Assembly: GCF_006345805.1 (NCBI RefSeq)
Contig: NC_043009.1
Span: 69,006,001-69,070,000, forward strand
DNA from: Octopus sinensis
Taxonomy: Eukaryota
Direction: 5' to 3'
Length of the DNA stretch: 64,000 bases
The notes under the pieces are model-generated. The model searched no databases. It had not been told where the DNA came from and saw only the letters and a list, made by a program, of their open reading frames with translations. The position numbers and the translations under genes are program-made. Each line of letters begins with the position of its first letter. Position 1 is the first letter of the stretch. Shown here one piece after another: positions 23,197 through 36,015 of the stretch.

Positions 23197-23604
23197 CAGG
23201 GACGTGCTACCTGGGTAGGCAAGGTAGGCAGTGCCTACCCTGAATAAAAATAATCGATAGTAACATTTTCCCTTTCTGGCAAAATTTGCGCCTAATTCAA
23301 TAAAATTATGAAGGTTATTCTGATTACCATGCATAAAATACAAAATATTTTATTCTTTTATAAATTATGTAGGCATAATTCTCCCCTATCTTTCAATCTC
23401 AGTATTAAAGCTACACATAGGACTGCTGTAGTACACATGCTGCGTACATTCCTACAACAACATTTTCTTTACACGCTATAAAGGCAGAAGTAAATCTGTC
23501 TTCAACTCATTTGCATACCTGTGTTTCACTTATCTTTTTGTGTGTTTTACTGCATGAAGGTCACCAGCTGCCAACCCTGAGTAATTACTGATAGCACATG
23601 CCTG
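23197..23604. mobile_element. hAT-type non-autonomous element
   Basis: Perfect 8-bp TSD GTAGTTGA (23189-23196, 23605-23612); TIRs CAGGGACGTGCTA / TAGCACATGCCTG. Confidence 0.85.
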
Positions 23605-25007
23605 GTAGTTGATGATATATATATATTCATATACACATACAAGAAACACTAGTGTTGTATTTACTTCCGTTTTGTGTTCAAATCCCAGCAGAGTCAACCA
23701 TCTTCATTTTAACCATTTCAGTGACAATAAAATCATTGTCACGTAGATTCTGAGCTCATTTCGGTTGATCTTCACTTTGAAATGATTTACTTCAAAACAG
23801 GAGTGAATATGGAAATCAGTTGTAGACTGTTTACGTGTGTGGGTTTGTGTGTGTGTCCCCCTTTGTCTTGACATCCAGTGATGGTTATAAACAAGTGCCA
23901 TTCTCATGCATGCAGTGTCATTCCTTTCCAATATTCTGTGAGAACATGTCTGGCCATGGGGTAAAATATTATTGTACTTGGAAACAGAGATGAGGGTTGG
24001 TGACAGCAAGGGAGCCCAGCCGTAGAAAACCTGTCCCATTGAACTCTGCCCAACTCGTGCAAACATGGGAAAATGAACATTAAAATAATGATGTGTGTGT
24101 GGATGTGATAATGATTTAGAAATATTTACCTTTCTCCTCGTAACTTATTCTGGATTTTATAAATTAACCCAGTAAATTCAGCCATTATTTTCCACAAACT
24201 AAAAGTCTTTTCTATGGCAGAGTAAATACTTTATTGTTGTTTTTTCATTTTAAGGTTAGTTCTGATTGCAAAGACCTCACAGACATTTGATCAAAGACAT
24301 TCCACATTTATATCAACGATCATCCCATCTTTCTTTTACTTTTTTTTAAAAATAAAGTCTGGTAGTTTGTTGTTGTTTTTGAACAGCTTCAGCCATTGCT
24401 GTTTTAGATGCACCCACAGCACATGTGTTGCATATCACATGCTCAGAAGACGTCCATCAATTGAACTTCCTTGCTTACGCCGTTCCTCACTCTAATCTGG
24501 AGCTGTGCTTCCTGCTGTCGTGTGTTCTAACTTCCTGATTTACTGAATCTCATTCTGGCCAAGTTTACGACTGTCTTCCATACTGCCATACAGGAATTGT
24601 TAGCTACATCGTACACACTGTGGTAGAGAACATACATTAACTAGGCCCTATCTAACCCCGAGGTAACCCCTTATGGAACACAATATATAATCAAAGGGGT
24701 CCCAGCTGCAACTTGCATTTTATTTATTTTTTTCTATTTTTAAAGTGGTGGATAAGCAGAATTGTTGTATTTCTTCTGGTTTTCTACACTCCTGAGTTCA
24801 AATCTTGCCAATGCCAACTTTGCCTTTCACTCTTCTAGGGGTTGATTAAATAAAGTAGCAGTTAAATGCTGAGGTTGATATAATCAACTAACTCCTTCTC
24901 TCAAAATTGCTGGCTTTGTGCTTAAATTAGAAACCATTTTTCTTCCAGATATGGTGTCTCTAAGACTGCATTATTAAATGTGTCCTGCTGTTTTTAAACC
25001 AGTAAAG

Positions 25008-25256
25008 CAGGGGGCCCTGACCACCAGGTCATGGATCATTTGCTACCAGGCCACAGAGAAGGAATGAATTTTTAATTTTTACTTCTCTTTTATTGACTAT
25101 TGCAGTCTGCTGGGTGTGTTTTGCATTATATATGTTATAATTAAATTGTATATAATGCAGTTTATTGTGATTTGTTATGTGTGTGGTTCCCCAATCCAGG
25201 GGAAAATTGTCTTGCGGGAAACTGGTCTGTGGTGCCAAAAAGGTTGGGGCCTGCTG
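25008..25256 (+). mobile_element. hAT-Charlie-like MITE with MER1-like termini
   Basis: Starts CAGGGGGCCCTGACC and ends GGAAAATTGTCTTGCGGGAAACTGGTCTGTGGTGCCAAAAAGGTTGGGGCCTGCTG; second copy at 40902-41138. Confidence 0.7.
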
Positions 25257-25745
25257 CGGAACAGTATACATTGAGGGAGATTCAGTCTGATATTTCTAGC
25301 AATTGATGGTCAGTACAAAGATGCTCTCTTATTGTATTGTATCTGTTGTGTTGTCTAGTTTATACATTACTGAACTATCCAGAATAACCATGCAGATTTC
25401 TTTCTCTACCATAATTCAGTTTATCTTTCATATCTCCTTCGGGAAGTTCTATCTTTAAAACTGAGAACCATTTGGTGAGTTTTATTCTCACCAATGTATA
25501 TATCTCGGTTGAAATTCTATTGGAAAAAGAGCAGAGAGGACGGAGAGAATGTTATTGAAGACTGTGTTTGTACATGTAATAAATATGTGTGTTTATGAGT
25601 GAGATGGCTGTAGATTGGATGCCCCACGAAGAATAATCTGTCTGCTATAAATCAAACGATATAAGTAAATAGATAAGAAAATACAGATGAGAATTAAAGT
25701 GTTTAAAGACAGACATGGAACCAGTATTTCAGAGAATGTGTTCTT

Positions 25746-25748
<3 letters not shown>

Positions 25749-25829
<81 letters not shown>

Positions 25830-25834
25830 CTCCT

Positions 25835-25880
<46 letters not shown>

Positions 25881-25928
25881 ACTCTCTTTCTCTCTCTCTC
25901 CCACTCTCTTTCTCTCTCTCTCTCACAC
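25749..25928. repeat. Long (CA)n followed by (CT)n
   Basis: Direct reading; about 80 bp of uninterrupted CA. Confidence 0.95.
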
Positions 25929-26210
25929 ATCTTATCCAGTGAGTTTTATTTTAACTTCTTGTCTTTAGATAAGGAACCAAAATGTCTAAGCCATTCCACT
26001 GGACTCCACACCATCATCCTACTCTCTCTCTCTCTAGAACCCCCCCCCCCCACTGCCGCCGCTTTACCATTCTTATGAAAAATGAGTCAATAATGAACAT
26101 AACTCACCTTGTCGCAATCAAACTTGTTCCAAAAATTTTTTTGCTTTTCTTTTTGTTTTACAATTTTTTTTCCAATTTTTTTTTTGCTCCTCACAGGTGA
26201 AATATATTCT

Positions 26211-26553
26211 GGCGCAATCGTGGCTGTGTGGTAAGAGGTTTACTTCCCAACCACATGGTTTTGGTTTCAATCCCTCTGCAAGTGTCTTCTACTACAGTCT
26301 TGTGAGTGGATTTGGTAGACAGAAACTGAAAGAAGCCTGTTGTGTGTGTGTGTGCGTGGTTATATTTGTTACCACTCACAACTGGTGTTGGTTTGTTTAT
26401 ATCCCTGAACTGAACAGTTTGGCAAAAAGGGCTGTTAGAATAAGTACCAGGCTTTAAGAAATAAGTACAGGGTTTGATGTGTTCAGCTAAACCCTTCAAG
26501 GCAGGGCTCCAGCATGGCCACAGTTCAAATGACAAACAAATAAAAGAGAAAAG
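26211..26553 (+). mobile_element. SINE family A
   Basis: Head GGCGCAATCGTGGCTGTGTGGTAAGAGG and tail CCAGCATGGCCACAG...AAAAGAGAAAAGA. Confidence 0.85.
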
Positions 26554-28448
26554 ATTACTTTATTTCATTTGTGGATTTGGTTTGCAAGATTCTTTATGTG
26601 AGTTTGTGTGTTGAAGCATTTTCTGTTGTGTCTAGGGAGAGTCATTCTCTTTTGGTGCCTTATAATTTAACACACTCACTGGTAAAGTTTCCACTCATTT
26701 CTTTCTTTATTTTTTAAAGAATTTTCGTTGTGTCTTGCAACCTTTTCAGTAGTTGTTGACTCAAATTATTTCATTTTTATTTTAGCACAAAGTCTTTAAT
26801 TTAATTTTTTTTTTTTCTCACTTTTTACTAGTTTAGTCAGGTGTAAAGATGCAGATACTAGCTCCATGGTCTTTCGCCAGACTCTCCCAGGCTGCTGAAT
26901 GTGATAAAGTAAAAGGCAATCTACAAAAAGCAAAAAAAATAAAATCAAATCATTGTTATTACTTCTGGCATGCAGAACCTTCAGCCTTTCAGGGTTGATA
27001 AGTACCAGTCATGAACTGGGGATCAATATAATCAATCTATCCCTTACCCTGAAATTGCTGGCCTGGTGCCATTATTTCTGGCAGTAATAATCAGGCCTCA
27101 GTCATGCTGACACATTGTATGGTGTCTCTGAGCAAGATGTGCAACTTGGCTCGGTCCATTTTGTCTGACATACTAAAGCCAACATGGAAGCCTCTATGTG
27201 TCGCTTGACTTGCTAGTAATAGCAGTCAAATATCTCTTGCCTCTGACCAAATTACACCTTGCTGTTTTCAAAAAGGGAAGACATATTGGCTAATGTGGCC
27301 ATAGATACCATTATGCCTGGAAAAAAATACAAGGTGGTCATGGATGAAATGCCTTTCATTGTAGATCTTCCCGATAAAGGATGACCTGGAGCTAAACAAT
27401 AACTCATAAAAAAAACCAGTTTCATTCCTACTTAAAGACTGAATTAGGGATGTGATGGGCATTCATCACCATCCTCAGCCATTTTTTATGCTAGATTCGG
27501 TTGGGCAGTTTGACAAGATGTGATCGGCTCAAAGACGACATTGTGCTCCAGTGTCTGCTTTGACGTGGTTTCTACAGCTGGATGCCTTTCCTAAATGCCA
27601 ACCACTTTACAGTGTGTATTTGGAGGTAAGCGGGTGATGCGTTCCTACACACTGGTTCTCTCCACAGAGCTCTGTCTCAACGGTTCTGGCATTTCTATAG
27701 ACTGGTGCTTCAGTCTGGCTTCTCCACAGATTGACCTGCTGGTAGATAGGTTGCCAATGAAACATCATCATCATCATCATTTAACATCCATTTTCAATGC
27801 TGGCATGGGTTGGATGGCTTGACAGAGAGCTGCACAAGGCTCCAGTTGTCAGTTTTGGCATGGTTTCTGTGGATGGATGCCCTTCTTAACACCAACCACT
27901 TTATGGAGCAAAATGGCGGCTTTTTATGTTGCACCAGCATGGGAGCTATTTACATGGTGCCAGCACCCATGGGGTCACCAAATGGCTTGGAAGATTAGGA
28001 TGTCTGAGCAGAGAGGGGGAATGGAACCATGAGAGATGGCCATATGCCAGGCAAGAAGTTGGAGTATGATAGAAGGACAGTGATAGCTTTATCCTATATT
28101 ATTATAAGGACTCTTTATCACCAATGGTATAAAACAGCGTTGCTGACCGCTGGCATTCCAGCAGCCGACAGCAGTACAGCTCAGTTATTGGTGATGGTAC
28201 TACTGCTTCTTTGAGAGAGGGTGATTGTTAGTTTTGGCAGAATTTAGTGAAGACTAATGGTTACTGTTTGGTACCAGGTCAGTTTTAATTAAGCAAATAT
28301 ATAGCCAAAGACATCCCACTGATGACCATTCTGTTATGGGGTGAGGTGGGTCACACAGGAGAACATATTGCAGCATGGATGTGATTTAGGAGTTATTTAG
28401 CTGCTATTTCTAGCAGGTCAAGATACCATTAAGATTCCCTTGGTTATA

Positions 28449-28870
28449 TTCTTTTATTTGTTTGTCATTTTGACTGGCCATGCTGGAGCACCAACTTTAG
28501 TCCAGCAAATCGATCCTAGGACTTAGTCTTTGTAAGCCTAGTACTTATTCTATCAGTCCCTTTTGTTGAAATGCTAAGTTATGAGGATGTAAACACACCA
28601 GCATCGGTTGTCAAGCGATGTTGGGACACACACAAACATATACACGCACACACACACACACACACCACACACACACACACACACAGATATATATATATAT
28701 ACATACATACACGACAGGCTTTCAGTTTCCGTCTACCAAATCCACTCACAAGACTTTGGTCGGCTTGAGGCTATAATAGAAGACACTTAGCCAAGGTGCC
28801 ACACAGTGGGACTGAACCCGGAACCATGTGGTTGGTTAGCAAGCTACTTACCACACTGCCACTCCTGCGC
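28449..28870 (-). mobile_element. SINE family A, full length
   Basis: Ends CTACTTACCACACTGCCACTCCTGCGC (reverse complement of the head); internal (CA)n/(TA)n. Confidence 0.9.
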
Positions 28871-30214
28871 TGTTTGAATTGTAGGCATAGCACACCATCC
28901 TGGGGCACCTTTAGCTGACTTCACTGTTACAAACATTTCAACAATAACTCTTGCCATTAACCCTCCTGCCCCACCCACCTTCTTTCCCTATATATTCCTA
29001 ACATAGATGTTTGATAAACTGAATCTTATAGAATTACATATCCAAGAGCAGAATAGAATACCTGACCTCATTGACCTTTGGACTGCAAGGTTAATACATT
29101 ATTTATTCAACCGCTTCCTCTTACGTTCTCATTATCTCAACAGAACATTTAAGTTGCTATTGAAACCTAATTAACTTCAAATTCCCAATTGACAACTGAG
29201 CCCACCTATTTCAAGAGTGACCAACCTTATTTCTCCTAATTTCTATACTTTCCCATCTACTAATTATGTAATATCTAATTACATATTTTAACGTTTCGCT
29301 GTTGTCGTGTTAATTACCTTTTAAAGCATGTCTTTAATTACTGTTTGTGGTATTTAAAACGTTGCTGCTCTTTTTAACCAATTATTGTAAACTTAACCAG
29401 TTTCAATGATTAGCTCCTGTGTGTAAAAACATTTTTAGATTCTTTTCCTTGTGAATAATCATTATCTTCCACCAGTCCAGGCAGAGTTCTTTATAGAAAA
29501 TGCTACAAGTTTGGCTGCCAAATAGCTGTTATTGGCAACTGTAGATAACATATATAAAAAAAAGTGAACCGGTGCCAGCATTAAAAGTGTGTGCAAGACT
29601 TAAGTTGAATGATTAGCTTGTTGACAGAGATAGATTGTGCTTTGCCATGGTCGTAGTCACTTATTTTCTCTTCTTTATTTCCTTGCCTCTAACTTAATTC
29701 TTTACTTGACCAACAGAGGGAGCCTCTATAACCGTCGTCGACTTTGCCTTTCATCCTTTCGGGGTCGATTAAATAAGTACCAGTTACGCACTGGGGTCGA
29801 TATAATCGACTTAATCCATTTGTCTGTCCTTGTTTGTCCCCTCTGTGTGTAGCCCCTTGTGGGTAGTAAAGAAATAGGAAGGCCATGACTGGAAAATCTT
29901 AAGAATAAAACCTCTTTACTTTTATCAGGGCTGAATTGAAGCTAAACACTTTTTTTTTTTTTTAATCTGTAACTTTTTAGTATTCATCAGGCCCTATCTC
30001 ACCCAAATACTCTAGATGTTTTATGGCCAGATCTGGCCTCTTACACCTACTCTACAATGTCATTATAAAAATATACAATCACATCATCAAAATTTCAAAA
30101 CTGAGAGATAAAGTTATGATTAATTGAAAACAATGTGAATAAATAGATTACATTTGAAAAAGTAATCATCATCATATATATGTATGTATATTCCATCCAG
30201 TGAGACATAAATAA

Positions 30215-30367
30215 ATATCTATTTAATATGCAATTATGAAATAGTGACAAATAGTTTCATGCTTTACAGTACTTTAGATTGACAGATTTATAAAATGTTC
30301 CAATTTAGAGTACTGTAAAGCATAAAACTGTTAGCAGCTCTTTTGTAATTGTGTATTAAATCGATAT
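30215..30367. repeat. Imperfect palindrome, ~67-bp arms
   Basis: ATATCTATTTAATATGCAATTA...ATGCTTTACAGTACTTTAGATTG (30215-30281) against CAATTTAGAGTACTGTAAAGCAT...TAATTGTGTATTAAATCGATAT (30301-30367). Confidence 0.8.
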
Positions 30368-30954
30368 AATCTATATCTTAATGTATATAAGGATACATAT
30401 AAAGTATGTTTTACCATTTAACTTTATAAAAACGATGTCCTCACATTTCATTCCACGAATCCTTGAATGGTTACCATTTTGATTAGCCAAATACTTGTTC
30501 CTGTTTAGTCTCATGTTGCCCCTGACCGAGCAGAACCGTGATGAAGGCCACACCATCCATAACCCTAACATCCCTTTTAGGGCTGTCTAGGACTACATTA
30601 TCTCGTCTGTACTTTGCTTTTCAGACAAATGTTTTGAGAGAGATTTGGTTGTTATTTCTAGCTTTCTCACAGATCAAGCATCCACTTAACTGCTCCCTTG
30701 TGCATGCGTGTGTATGTAAGTGTATATCAAACCAGAAGACTAGAAAAGTTTGAGTATATGTGTGTATATGTATGTGTATTTGTGTATGTTGTGGATTTTG
30801 TGTGTGTTTTAGCAATAATGTATATGATACGTTTGATGTTGGTTGTGTAAATGATAACGAATGATTTATTAGCAGGTATTTTTGTTGTACAGCATTTCTG
30901 TTAATTAATCTTTTACCTGTATCAGGTTATAAAGTTCCGAAAACTGTTATGTAG

Positions 30955-31462
30955 GTCTGTGCGTGTGTTTAGAGCGTGTTGGTGAATACATTGTGTGTGT
31001 CTATGTAAACGCTTGTCTGCATGTAGATGTGTGTGTGTGTATGTATTTACATGTAAATGTGCGTGTGTGTGTGTGTCTGTGCATGTATGGGAGTGTTGGC
31101 ATGTAGGTTTGTGTCTGTCTGTCTGTCTACATGTGAATGTGTGCCTACATGTAGATGTATCCGTGTGTTTGTATGTAAATGTGTGTGTGTGTGTGTGCCT
31201 GTGCATGTATGTTTGTTTACTTGTCTGCATGCACATGTGTTTATGTGTAGGTGAGTTTGCATCATGTGCATGTGTGCATGCGTATCTGCGTGTGCAGGTA
31301 TGTATATTTATGTTGCCGCATGCACATGTATGTGCATGCAAGTGCCTGTCTATACAAGTATACATAACATACATGAGTGCTCGTGTGTGTGTGTGTGTGT
31401 GTGTATATGTATAGATGAGTGTGTTTATGTGCCAGTATGGGTGTGTTGGTGTGTATGTGTGT
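30955..31462. repeat. Degenerate (TG)/(CATG)/(TATG) low-complexity tract
   Basis: Direct reading; accounts for the overlapping Cys/Val- and His/Thr-rich ORFs. Confidence 0.9.
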
Positions 31463-32790
31463 CAGTTTTGATTCAATCCCCAATAGCAATTGACTATCCT
31501 ATTTATTTTGTTCTGTCTTGTCTATTGACCTGATTCTGCTTATTCTACCCCCACCCTCCCACCATCACCACCTCTACCACCACCTCCATCATCACTATCA
31601 CCACCTCTACCACCACCACCACCACCACCCACTTTGTGTATCAAATTCAATCAGTTTCATCTCCCACTCATAATATCGAGTATCAACATCATCATCTCCT
31701 CCGTTTCTCGCTCTTTTTAACCATTTTCGGAGAATTTCCTGCCACATTTTAGCTGGAATTCTTCTCTCTCTCTCTCTTTCTCTCTTCACCTTTTTACTTG
31801 TACGAAAATAAGAAGGAGCAGAAGAAAGAATGAACAAAAAAACTGAACGAAAGAAACGAATGATTAGAAAGAAAAACATGAAAAGCAAATTACGGTAACT
31901 GTTCCATTGGAAATGCAAGAAGTCTGCTGTGTTGGCAGAAAATGGAAAGTGCTGCGTCAGGCTGAATGCTTTGAAGTCGTTTAGCTCCTTACTCTCTTCA
32001 TTGATATCCTACCAGAGTTTTGACTGTTTCATTTGAACACTCGACAATTGAAAAATTAAATTCCAACAGCATTATCATCATCTTTTTTGTTATTAAGTGC
32101 CAAGGTTGGTTTTCGCCTTCTGTTCTTTATTGTTGGGGGTCAATGTAATTGACTAGTCCCCTCCACCAAAATTTCGGGCCTTGTGCCTATTATTATTAAG
32201 GCAGTGAGCTGGCAGAATCGTTAACACGCTGGGCAAAATGCTTAACGGTATTTCATTCGTCTTCACATTCTGGGGTTGACTTTGCCTTTCATCCTTTCAG
32301 GGTTGATAAAATAAGGACCAATTAAACACTGGGCTCAGTTTAACTGACTCATCCCCGCCCCCTCAAAATTGTTGCCCCTGTGGCAAAATTTGAAACCATT
32401 ATTATTATTATTATTAAGGCGGTGAGCTGGCAGAATCGTTAGCACACCAGGTGAAATGCTTAGTAGTATTTCGTCTTCCTTCACTATGGACCGTTTATGA
32501 AGCAGATCTATTCATTATAGATTTGCGTAATCAGGGCTCACCCAGGTGTAAGCACCAATATCTGTCCATGATACATCTGCTAATGTTTCCCCCTCTTTTC
32601 ATTATCCTCTACACATCTTTTCTTACTGGATCATATTTTGATCCATTACTTCCTCCTTTTTCTCCCCATTCTTTATTCCAGTTGTTACTCTGAATCCATT
32701 CTGTCGGTGTGACTGCGACCTCCAAGGAAATTAAAATGTCTTTGAGACAGCTTGATTTGCTTTATAACTTCCATTCATACCTAGGATATA

Positions 32791-33299
32791 TTAGGTTGAG
32801 GAAAAAGTTTGTGCACCAATGCTGAACTTTACTGCACGCAACTTGATCGAATCTACAATGCACTGATTGAAAAGCACCGAAGACTTGTTTGTTGGAAATT
32901 CACTTTGTTTCAACAAGACAATACAAACCCTCATACTGCCAGAAAGACCAGCAACAAGATTGAAGAATTGGTCGGTGTGGAAGTTCTTCCGCATCCAGCT
33001 TGTAGTCCAGACGTTGCTCCATCTGACCACGGTCTCTTCAGATTAATGCAGTACTTTATGAAAGTTCACTGATTTGAGTCATTTGATGAAGTTGAAGAAG
33101 AAACCTGTCAAGAATCTTTGAATTCAAAGCTGAAGGATTGGTGCTTTGACTAAATCCAAAAGCTTGCTGATTGTTGGCAGAAGGTCATGGAACATGATGC
33201 CCTTCATTTTGAAGAATAGTTGTTGCTGTTTTTGAATAAATTCTTGCATTAAAAAAATCATTATTTTAACACAGCACACAAACTTTTTCCTCAAACTGA
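32791..33299 (+). mobile_element. Internally deleted mariner (DD34D) element, family 1, retaining the transposase C-terminus and both TIRs
   Basis: TA + TTAGGTTGAGGAAAAAGTTTGTG ... CACAAACTTTTTCCTCAAACTGA. Translation YCTQLDR...FQQDNTNPHTA...LPHPACSPDVAPSDHGLF...WQKVMEHD matches the mariner HDNARPH and HPPYSPDLAPSDYHLF motifs; internal stops present. Confidence 0.9.
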
Positions 33300-33923
33300 A
33301 GAATCTGAAACCAACTTTTTCTTCAACCTCATATAATTGACAGTGTGTCCATCACTCTGATTGTCCATCCCCAAAGGTAGCTAACTCTGATGTTCTTGGA
33401 TTTATTTTCCTTAGTTACTCAACACCAACTGGAGTGTTACATTTGTACTTAACTGGTGTCATTGTTGTTGATGGCATATTTATTGACATACCTATTGCTA
33501 ATATATAAATGAACGAATCTAGAAACCTACCTTTTTTTTTTTCCTTTTTGTTATGGGAAACAAAGGCCACTGAACAGGAAGAGTAAGTAGGCAGTGCTCT
33601 TATGGGGGGTGAGACAATCAGTCAGGTGACCTGGTTTTAACTGTGGTCTAGGAATGTCTGTATCTGTGTGAGAGATAAGAATGGCTATGAAATCTGTTCC
33701 TTTCTCTCTGTCTCTCTTGCATGTGTCTCCCTTGCCATTTCTTGCCACACACCCTCTCTCTCCCTGTCTCTCTCTTTCTCTCACTGGTTTGAAATTAAAA
33801 GATATTTATCAGTTGTGATTTATGTTGCTAGTGGAAGTAGGTAGGTATTAGGGAGTCAAAGCTGATAGATACATTGAAGTGATTAATTCAATGCAGAATT
33901 GAAATTCCATAAGATTTGTGGAA

Positions 33924-33955
<32 letters not shown>

Positions 33956-34580
33956 CCAACCCAACACAAAGGATAGTCAATAGGATAGGTTGTGAACTAT
34001 CAATTAGTTCAGTTGTAGTAAGAAGGAGTGGAAATTGTAATCATCCAACAGGGAATATATAAAGATAAAGCTGTTGACTTGAGAGTTGATGGGCAAGAAA
34101 TGGGGATGTTGCATGTTCCCACTCCTTACCAGGTCCTTCTTTTCACAAATCATTGCCAATGCAAAATGCTTGTCCTAAATGTTTGTCCTAAATCTAAAGT
34201 CCAATGTACACTTTTTTTTGTTGTTTCAATTAATCCTGTGTAAATTTCAACCAAGATTTGTTTTGACATTGAAATGCATGCATTACTTCCCTTGGTGTTA
34301 ATAATATACGACATTATATTAATGTACTAATAGATTGTCCAGTGTTGTCAATGATGACCATGGACATCATATGGCAGAAGACGATGGGTCAATGTGTGTC
34401 CGGCTGTGGCCAATTAGTCCAATGTGTGCTCAGAACTTTTTTCTGCAAGTTGGACTTTTGTGGTCTGTTGGGACTGAAGGCAAGGGGTTGGCTTTGGACC
34501 TGCATAGGTCATGGTTTCTTTATGTCCCTGCAATCCTGTATTATTATTATTAATAATAATAATAATAATATTAATAATGG

Positions 34581-34741
34581 TACACTCACGGAGCGGTTGG
34601 CGTTAGGAAGGGCATCCAGCTGTAGAAACACTGCCAGATCAGACTGGAGCCTGGTGCAGCCTCTGGCTTCCCAGACCCCGGTCGAACCGTCTAACCCATG
34701 CTAGTGCGGAAAATGGACGTTAAACTATGATGATGATGATG
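34581..34741 (+). mobile_element. Retroposon family D, 3' fragment
   Basis: GGTTGGCGTTAGGAAGGGCATCCAGCTGTAGAAAC...AACCCATGCTAG...(TGA)n. Confidence 0.85.
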
Positions 34742-35402
34742 AATATTGTTAATAATAATAATAGTTACAAATAATTTATAACCATGATCTCTCCAGTTGC
34801 CTTTCGTTGGATTTGAACTCATTACTGCAGGCTAATGAAACACTTCTTAATTCTACAGTGCATGCTCTTATGACACCTACGTATAACAAGTTGGATTTGG
34901 ACCAGCAAGAATTATATTTATTTTTGACTGTTAGAAATACAATGCAATGTTGGCGCCAACCACATGAATATTTTAACCTTCCATTCAAAGAGGTTACCAC
35001 TCTGATAACTTGACCATCTGCCATTCTCAAAGTATCCAAGACGGTCGACCACCTGACTGGGAATGTCATTCTAGGCTTGCTTTCAGTTTATTATTCTCGG
35101 TTCTAATTAGGAAGACATCACCTTAGCTTTTCAGTCTTTCTTGAATCAGTAAGACACCTGTCTGTTTTATTTAATGGTATATAACGTGCGTATATAATTG
35201 TATGTTTATATCTATTTATGTCTGTGTGTGTGTTATAAATATATTTAATGGCACACCTGTTATTATAGACACATACATCAATACACACACGCACACACAT
35301 ACACACACACATATATATCGTATTTATATTATTATATGATTGAATGCCACGCATCCATTTCCAAGTAAGTTTATCTTAATAATTTTGATGCAATTCTGTC
35401 CT

Positions 35403-35438
<36 letters not shown>

Positions 35439-35976
35439 TTTCTTTAATTCTTTTCTTTCGGTTTGTCTCACAGACCAGGCGTATTCTTGTCTGTTTCATC
35501 TCCTACGTTCTCTCCTGGCAAAGATTCTTCCTCCGGTGTCCACCACCTTACCTCATATGGCCTAGCAGCCCTCAACGTTTGTTTCCAGAGTCCTGTTTTT
35601 GTTACCAATTTTGACCCTCTGCAAATCCCAAAGTTTACTTTGCTTCATGGGAGCAACTGCTTTTTCGAAGGCACATTTTGTCATGAATTGCTCTAAATGC
35701 AGAGTAAATAAACAGTGGAAAACCGATGAAGGGTCGTTCTTTATGTTACTTGTTTTGTTTTCCATTTGTTTCTTTTGTTGTTCACAAACAAAAGTTTGTC
35801 TTTGTATTTCGTATTTCATGTTGTTTACATTTTATGACGTCCTGTACCCATATATGCATGTATATATACATATATATGTAAGTATGTACATATATGTATA
35901 TATATATATATATATATGCATATATATATAGACATATATAGATATATGCATATCTAGATATATACATATATATGCG

Positions 35977-36015
<39 letters not shown>

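Noticed and set aside
24385-24620. Possible mariner-derived fragment on the minus strand
   Set aside because: No TIR pair or clear transposase motif could be established.
30922-31533. Overlapping His/Thr-rich and Cys/Val-rich ORFs resembling metal-binding proteins
   Set aside because: Products of degenerate (CA)/(TG) low-complexity DNA on both strands.
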